A stretch of DNA of 64,000 bases from Chrysomallon squamiferum (lineage: Eukaryota > Animalia > Mollusca), in contig CM022666.1 of assembly GCA_012295275.1 (NCBI GenBank), positions 5,580,001 to 5,644,000 of the forward strand, written 5' to 3'. The notes under the pieces are model-generated. The model saw only the letters and a program-made list of their open reading frames with translations, was not told where the DNA came from and did no database searches. How positions within the stretch are numbered: position 1 is the stretch's first letter; the number at the start of each line of letters is the position of its first letter. Position numbers and translations under genes: made by a program. Shown here in pieces: positions 59,319 through 64,000 of the stretch.

Positions 59319-60553
59319 TGTATGTATGTATCTATGTTTATGTTAATGTAGATGAATATATAGAGAATATTAAGGAAGATAACTCTTAAATACTCAAGGA
59401 TCTTTATCTCAAATAATATTTGCTATTATTGTTATTGTTGCTGTTATTTATAACCACTGTTATTGTAATTATTGTTGTTGTTGAAATCTTTTGAAAGTTA
59501 ATAGCTTCTTTTAATTAATTTTTCATCCAGTAGTCCAAACACTTTTTATCTCAAATGCTGTTTTCACTGTAGTTGTGTGTCTCCTTGTTTATGGCGGTGT
59601 AGACGTGTCAGAGGTTGTGCTAACCAAACAAAGTTTCAACAGACTGGGTCTCCATTATGACATGAAAAGTACGTGTGAGTTTATTTATTTAGTTTTAAAT
59701 ACTTCTTTTTTAGTTGATTTTTTTGTATCCATATGTAACTGGAAATGTGACAAAAGTTACAGAATTAGGTAATTCGAACATTCAGTCATACAGTATTATT
59801 CCAGTACAGTACATACCATATATTTTATATATCCAGGGATATAGTATTAAAGATTAATAGAGTGCAGTACATACCATGTAATTTATATATCCAGGGATAC
59901 AGTATTAAAGATTAATAGCGTGCAGTACATACCATGTAAGGACACAGTATTAAAGATTAATAAAGTACATATCATATGTATCCAGGGACACAGTATTAAA
60001 GATTATTATAGTGCAATACATACCATGTAATTTATATATTCAGTGAGACACTATTAAAGATTAATAGAGTGCAGTACATACCATGTAATTTATATATCCA
60101 TCGGTACACTATTAAAGATTATATAATATAGTATAATACATACCATGTAGTTTATAATTATCCAGTGATTCAATATTAAACGTTATTCCAGTGTAATGTA
60201 TACCATGTATTTTATATATCCAAGAATATAATATTACTGATTCAGTGTAGCAAATGTTATGCATCCTATGTATCATCCTATGATGTAGCGTTTGGAGTGC
60301 ATAGATTAATGTGTATATTATTAAAGATAGATTATGCAGATACCTTGTATTCTGTGTATCATTTTATAAAGGAGTGTAGAGTATAAATGTACACATTAAT
60401 GTGTATATCAAGGATATAATATTAAAGATCATTACAATACACTACATACCATGTAATTTATAAATCAAAGTATATAATATTACAGATTCTGCATAGCAAA
60501 TACCATGTAGTCAGTGCAGGATATTAGAAAACTGACATTCTGTGATGTAGAAT

Positions 60554-61901
60554 TGCTCCTGGATTAATTGCCCCCGGACTGGATTATTTTTCCTCAAATA
60601 TACCATTTCAGAATGATTTTCAAGCAACATTTCAATAAATTAGTCAAAGCTAACTCAAGTTTAATTCCTAAATAAACTTGATTCAGGCAAAGAATTTTGA
60701 TCTGCAAAACATCCAATAAAATATCATCTAAGATCAAAGCTAACTAGAGTCAGCTAATTACAGGCATTTGGAATTCATTGATCTGCTAAAACATCCAATA
60801 AAATATCATCTAAGATCAAAGCTAACTACAGTCAGTTAATTACTAATTCAGGCTAATTAAATGCTAAAACTTCGTTTGATTTGGCAAGTGATTTATAATT
60901 GTGATGAATTAAACAGTATATTAGGTCATGCATTGTAGCAAAAATGTTATATTCTATAAGATGGAGTTCATTCACCCAGAGCGTTGTCATTCAAAACTTA
61001 CCAACGAAAACTATGTGTATCTCCGAGAGAAGGAACTCAGTAGTGGAGTGATTTCGCACGAGTGTGAAGGAAGAAGGCAAAACGTCTGTAAAGCTAAACT
61101 GCACTGTGACTGGATGCTTCTTTCATTTCAGCCAATGCATCTCGAACTAAATTCAACTCATCAGTCTGGCAGTTCGTTACAATACTGATGAAGAGTTTGC
61201 TTTACTGATCCGTCAGATATCTGCAATTGCGTTCGTTCCAGTGGATGAAGTAACGGCAGCTTTTGAAGCACTATCAGAAGCTGATGGTGATGACGCTGAA
61301 GTATTTTGAGGACAACTTCATTTATTGCCAGTATGGCAGAGCTGGTCGCAGACATGATCCCAGTTACAATGTTGGCATGTGAAACATGCACCAGAGGATG
61401 GAAAAGAATTTGGTGTGGACTAACAACTTCGTGGAAAGGTTGATCAGTTGCTTCCAGTCAAACATTGACACCTACCATCTGAATGTCAGGAAGTTTGTAA
61501 ACATTTTAAAGAGTGAACGAGCACTAATGAACTGGAAATAAACTTAATGATTGGCGGGGAAGTACTTGATAAAAAATACCGAGAAGCTTCACTGCATTTG
61601 TCGAGTCTGGTCAGACAGCGAGAAAACCGACAAGTCCTAGACCATTTGAGCACACAACATAAAAGTGCGAAAACTGAAAAGTGTCAAAGAACTCTGGTAA
61701 GAATACATGGTTATAGTTGAACCTGTACTTGTGAATGAACTGTTGCTGTACAAAGCTTTACTAGAGAACTATAGACAGACTACTCTGAATTTCTAAAAAA
61801 AACTTGTCCGTATACATGTATATATGTCATTATGCTTGAAAATCATTACTAGAAGAAAAAATGGAGGGCAGTTATCCAGGGGGGTCAATTGTCCTAGAAT
61901 G
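60554..61901 (+). mobile_element. Decayed Mutator-like (MULE) DNA transposon
   Basis: Ends aattgcccccggac / gggggtcaattgtcctagaatg; flanking direct repeat GTAGAAT (60547-60553, 61902-61908); absent from paralogous introns (~5880, ~29617). Contains a FLYWCH-like segment (NYVYLREKE..HECEGRRQNVCKAKL) and MULE C-terminal motifs (FEDNFI, *NMHQR, TNNFVE, KFVNILKSE) with stops and frameshifts. Confidence 0.85.
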
Positions 61902-62319
61902 GTAGAATATACAGTCTATCTAAATATATATATTCCTTTAAAGTTCAAAATGGATTCATAGATATCCAAGCTGAAATGATCAACAGTCGACTTGTTTCTC
62001 ATGCAGAACAAATAAACACAGTGGAACTTCCTTTGTACCAGAGCTGGATGGCAGCGTATATAGAACGTCATGAACGTGCACTGCAACTACACCAGCAGCA
62101 GCTGACAACACTGCAGTTTGTACACAATGAGACGTACAGCACCTACTTAGTCAACCTCGGCATGAACATCAACTGCACTGTAGAGGGTAGCAAACAGCAG
62201 AGACTGCATAAAGATCATCCACTTAACTTGTATTTTTCATTATAAACGAATCAGTGAACATATATCGTTCATCAGTCACTTTATATTGAAAATCAGTGAA
62301 ATGTAAATATTTATTCACT

Positions 62320-62760
62320 GAATACTGCACACATCCACTTTACATAGAACATCCCTAGAACATATACACTGTTTGTAGAACATCCACTGTACAGATTTAC
62401 AGAACACAAACCATCAATGGTACATACATTACATATTCACTGTACAAAGAAAAACCACCATGCATGGTATATTTATTATCATTGAGCACATAACATTAAT
62501 TACATTTACAACATGCACAGATGTACATATATAGAATATCAGCTGTACAAAAATATCCTTTTACACAGAACTTCTACAGCAGGACATCCATTGTGTACAG
62601 AATATCTACCATACAAGAACATTCACTGTACACTGAACGTCTACTGAGCATCTTGAGCATCCAATGTATTTTATTTTACATAGGACATAGACTGAAGAAC
62701 ATTCACTGTATACAGAACATCCACTGCAGAAGAACGCCTATTGTACATAGAATATCAATA
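62320..62760. repeat. Degenerate ~20-bp tandem repeat
   Basis: Recurrent tacagaacatccactgta-like units. Confidence 0.7.
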
Positions 62761-62769
62761 AAAGTCTGA

Positions 62770-63105
62770 ATGATAAGGTTGACAATGAATTTTTGAATGA
62801 TGATGCTGACAATGAAACATCTGATAGGTGATGTTAACGACATGAAATTTTAAATGATGATGTTGACAATGAAATTCTAAATGTTGATGCTGACAATAAA
62901 ATTCTGATTGATGATGTTGACAATGAAATTCTAAATGTTGATTGACAATGAAATTCTGATTGATGATGTTGACAATAAAATTCTAAATGTTGATGCTGAT
63001 AATGAAATTCTGATTGATGATGTTGACAATGAAATTCTAAATGATGATGTTGACAATGAAATTCTAAATGATTATGCTGACAATGAAATCCTCGATGATG
63101 ATGAC
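62770..63105. repeat. 27-bp minisatellite
   Basis: Unit gatgatgttgacaatgaaattctaaat, about 11-12 copies with indels. Confidence 0.9.
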
Positions 63106-63195
63106 GTAGGATGATGGCCATGACAACCTTTGTTTTTCCTTATGATCGTTTATATGTCGTTTTTCATTTCTCTTTCTTTTTTCCTTCTTCTTCTT

Positions 63196-63226
<31 letters not shown>

Positions 63227-63451
63227 TTATTATTATTATTATTATTATTATTTGTTTTGAAAATGAAAAGTTTATTATGACGCAACTAAATTTCTGATTT
63301 AACTTATAGATTATGGAAACAAATCTCTATACATATTCGAAGTTAAATATTTCGGAGAATCTGATGTCATTGCAAATATAAAACAATTGATACCAAATGA
63401 GATTTTCCAGGCGCGTTTGTTTAAAAAATTGAGGAGGGTGTTCCACTTGTG

Positions 63452-63553
<102 letters not shown>

Positions 63554-64000
63554 CCGATCTATTTCATAATATGACCTGAAGGAAATATCAGAATGTAATA
63601 TTTTTAGGTTTTAATTTAATTTCTTTTCATGTATCTTTCATTGTCTGATCCTCGCTGGTTTCAAAAATTATTCTTAGCCTGACAAAACCAGATCTGTTAA
63701 AAGATGAATAGAGAGAAGGTATATATATATAAATGTTTTTTAAAATTATATATAATTTATTAATTAATAATTAATAAGGATAAGTGATTAAATAATAATA
63801 ATTATAAATTAAATAAATAAAACTATACACAAAAATATTGATTAATTTAATAAATCAAAATTTAACTAATAATATTGATTAATTTCAATGGACTCATTTT
63901 AAATATCACCAGCACAGTCGTCATCTTTAAAAGTAGGCGTGCTCGAGCAATGTTTAAAATAGTTGTTTGCAAAGCGATGCATGTGATAGAAAATGCAAAG

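Larger units (their letters stand above)
56411..62200 (+). pseudogene. OC-STAMP/DC-STAMP-like fragments (copy 3): 56411-56463, 56733-~56795, 57196-57330, ~58710-58879, 59531-59664, ~61949-62200
   Basis: Same exons plus an extra upstream TM exon fragment (VTAFCVIFGLMVVVDILLFAHRMAKTISFAKLLLYGY/frameshift/EYVDYKET g|gt) whose phase-1 end matches the DDEG exon. Exon order is scrambled, the last acceptor is AG>AA, and a MULE sits in the intron. Confidence 0.6.

Noticed and set aside
62770-63121. His/Cys-rich (EFHCQHHHL)n minus-strand ORF and Asp-rich (DDVDNEILN)n plus-strand reading, suggestive of a metal-binding or shell-matrix protein
   Set aside because: 27-bp minisatellite with frame-breaking indels on both strands and no convincing splice sites or signal peptide

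Overview
AT-rich, microsatellite-dense, intron-containing animal DNA (invertebrate; mollusc/lophotrochozoan-like by inference only). The window is a nested segmental-duplication patchwork whose core is a + strand tandem array of TNF-superfamily ligand genes encoding type II membrane proteins: N-terminal TM helix, 6-Cys stalk, 37-nt micro-exon, 108-nt exon with the SAHL strand-A motif, and a terminal TNF-homology-domain (THD) exon. Two copies have complete coding exons (B 20608-23755 and D 50413-52410, 264 aa each when spliced). Copy A (<1-1739) is cut by the window edge, and C (35354-35742) is an intact orphan THD exon. Four CCAAT/TATA + non-coding exon-1 modules, many degenerate and inverted TNF exon fragments, a decayed MULE transposon, a hAT-type MITE and several minisatellites are also present. 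Interleaved and co-duplicated with the ligands are (i) broken exons of a multipass membrane gene resembling the OC-STAMP/DC-STAMP family and (ii) mostly minus-strand relics of a diverged paralog family with ZU5/UPA-like motifs, collinear with a type I TM exon. Family assignments for (i) and (ii) are by eye and need HMM confirmation.
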